From Vicugna vicugna (Eukaryota), in NCBI GenBank assembly GCA_013265495.1, contig MU057560.1:1624753-1688752 (forward strand): a stretch of 64,000 nucleotides of DNA. Direction: 5' to 3'. This document shows, in pieces, positions 62,741 to 64,000 of this stretch. Below the pieces are notes generated by a model. That model had not been told where the DNA came from. It did no database searches and saw only the letters and a list, made by a program, of their open reading frames with translations. Position 1 is the first letter of the stretch. The number at the start of each line of letters is the position of its first letter. The position numbers and the translations under genes are program-made.

Positions 62741-64000
62741 GGCTTCGGAGACAGGCTCGTCACCACCCCGGAGCGCGGGCGGCTGGCGGAGCGGAGGAAC
62801 TGACACTGTGTCCTCAGGACACCTTCCCAGAGGCCATCGCCGCCCTGGAGGCACTAGACCCTCCACAGCACCCACCAGGTCACACTCTGCTCCGGAAAGC
62901 GTGACTCTGCCCGTTTGCGCAAGGGCCTGGTGTCTGTTTCCATCTTGCAGAAGCAGCAGCAGTACGTGCTTACACACTGAGTCTTCTGCTCCGGGGGCTT
63001 CCTAACCGATGCGCCTGCGTTTAGATATTGCCCACGTGGTACCAACCTCAACACCCGCCACTGGGCGTGGCTTCTTTCCCTCACCTCTGTGGCTCCCGGT
63101 GGCTTTCACATGTCCCACCAGCAGACCTGGGGGCATCCGTGCCTGAGTGACCTCCTGCAGGGACGGGAAACAGAGAAGGAGTCAAGGGAAAGGGAAGGGA
63201 GAAGAGACAGGAGGAGGCAAGGTCGCTCCCTTCAGCAGGAGGAAAACCTGGCGGCGGGAGATGCGGAGCAGAGGTTCTAAACCATGTCTAGGAGCGGGGT
63301 CACCTCTCTGCAGATGTGGGGTCTGGGGAGGATGACCTGCCCACGCGGCGGGGAGCGGCGGGCACCTGCCTGCGGGTGAGCTCACCGGCCAGGGCTAAAT
63401 TTATCCCTAATCAGAATGCAGGACTCTGAAAATTTCTGTGAACACCCCCAGCTCTCAGGATGCATTTCATTTGCCTCCAGAAAACCGTGACACTGTGTTT
63501 GTAGGAAGGAGAAAGAGGATTTTTATAAACAAACTCACGACAGGTTTTAAGGACATCAGGGGGAACTCACTACGAAACACTAATAATTTCAGTGTAAACG
63601 AATCTAAAACACATAGATAAAATTGCTCCTAGATTGCATATGCATTTTTTAAAAAATCAAAACAAAAAAATGCCTTGGGCATAACATATTCTATTTTTAT
63701 TTTGAATTTTCGTAAGTGTCTATCACAGCAGCCTCTGAGGAGAGACACAAAAACATAAATGTAGTTAGTGACCAAATCAGCAGCAGGACCTGCGAGCCCC
63801 AAACCTCAGGCCCCCCCATTCTCGCCCCTTAATTTGTTGAAATATCCATTTCCAGTTCAGGATGGAACAGCCGGAGCCCCCGCTCCCTCGCTGGAGGGAG
63901 CATCGCCCTTCCTGGCAGGCGCCGAACGCGGGCTGCTGTTTACAGAGCGCCTGGGGGACGTCCCGGGCAGCTCCGATGTCGGGTGTAACCACAGACCTTC

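Noticed and set aside
1..64000. tRNA, rRNA, snoRNA or miRNA genes
   Set aside because: None recognised by eye. An Infernal/tRNAscan-SE search would be needed to exclude them.

Overview
Mammalian genomic DNA, not prokaryotic. It contains many L1, L2, MIR, MaLR and hAT relics but no Alu, Bov-A/tA, PRE-1 or SINEC SINEs that I can recognise. The young L1 3' ends look cetartiodactyl, probably camelid (inference). The window holds no complete protein-coding gene, and almost all listed ORFs are noise from GC-rich or repetitive DNA. It looks like the 5' non-coding, intronic part of a large minus-strand gene, with a CpG island at ~43.8-44.7 kb, several candidate first-exon donors, and small internal exons near 3 and 5 kb. 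From memory these resemble SORBS2 5'-UTR exons, which I cannot verify. The standout anomaly is a composite block at ~11.5-14.2 kb on the + strand. In order, it contains an L1 3' end, a housekeeping-type CpG promoter fragment, and an orphan CD33-related Siglec (SIGLEC5-like) terminal exon with intact ITIM (LHYASL), ITIM-like motif (TEYSEI), stop codon and 3' UTR. An ERV LTR end and a 24-bp GC-rich VNTR follow. No other Siglec exons are present. Smaller points of interest are a 64-bp L1 tail with perfect TSDs, an L1 nested in an L1 at the homologous position, a twin-primed L1 inversion, and local patches of AT-to-GC drift in repeats.
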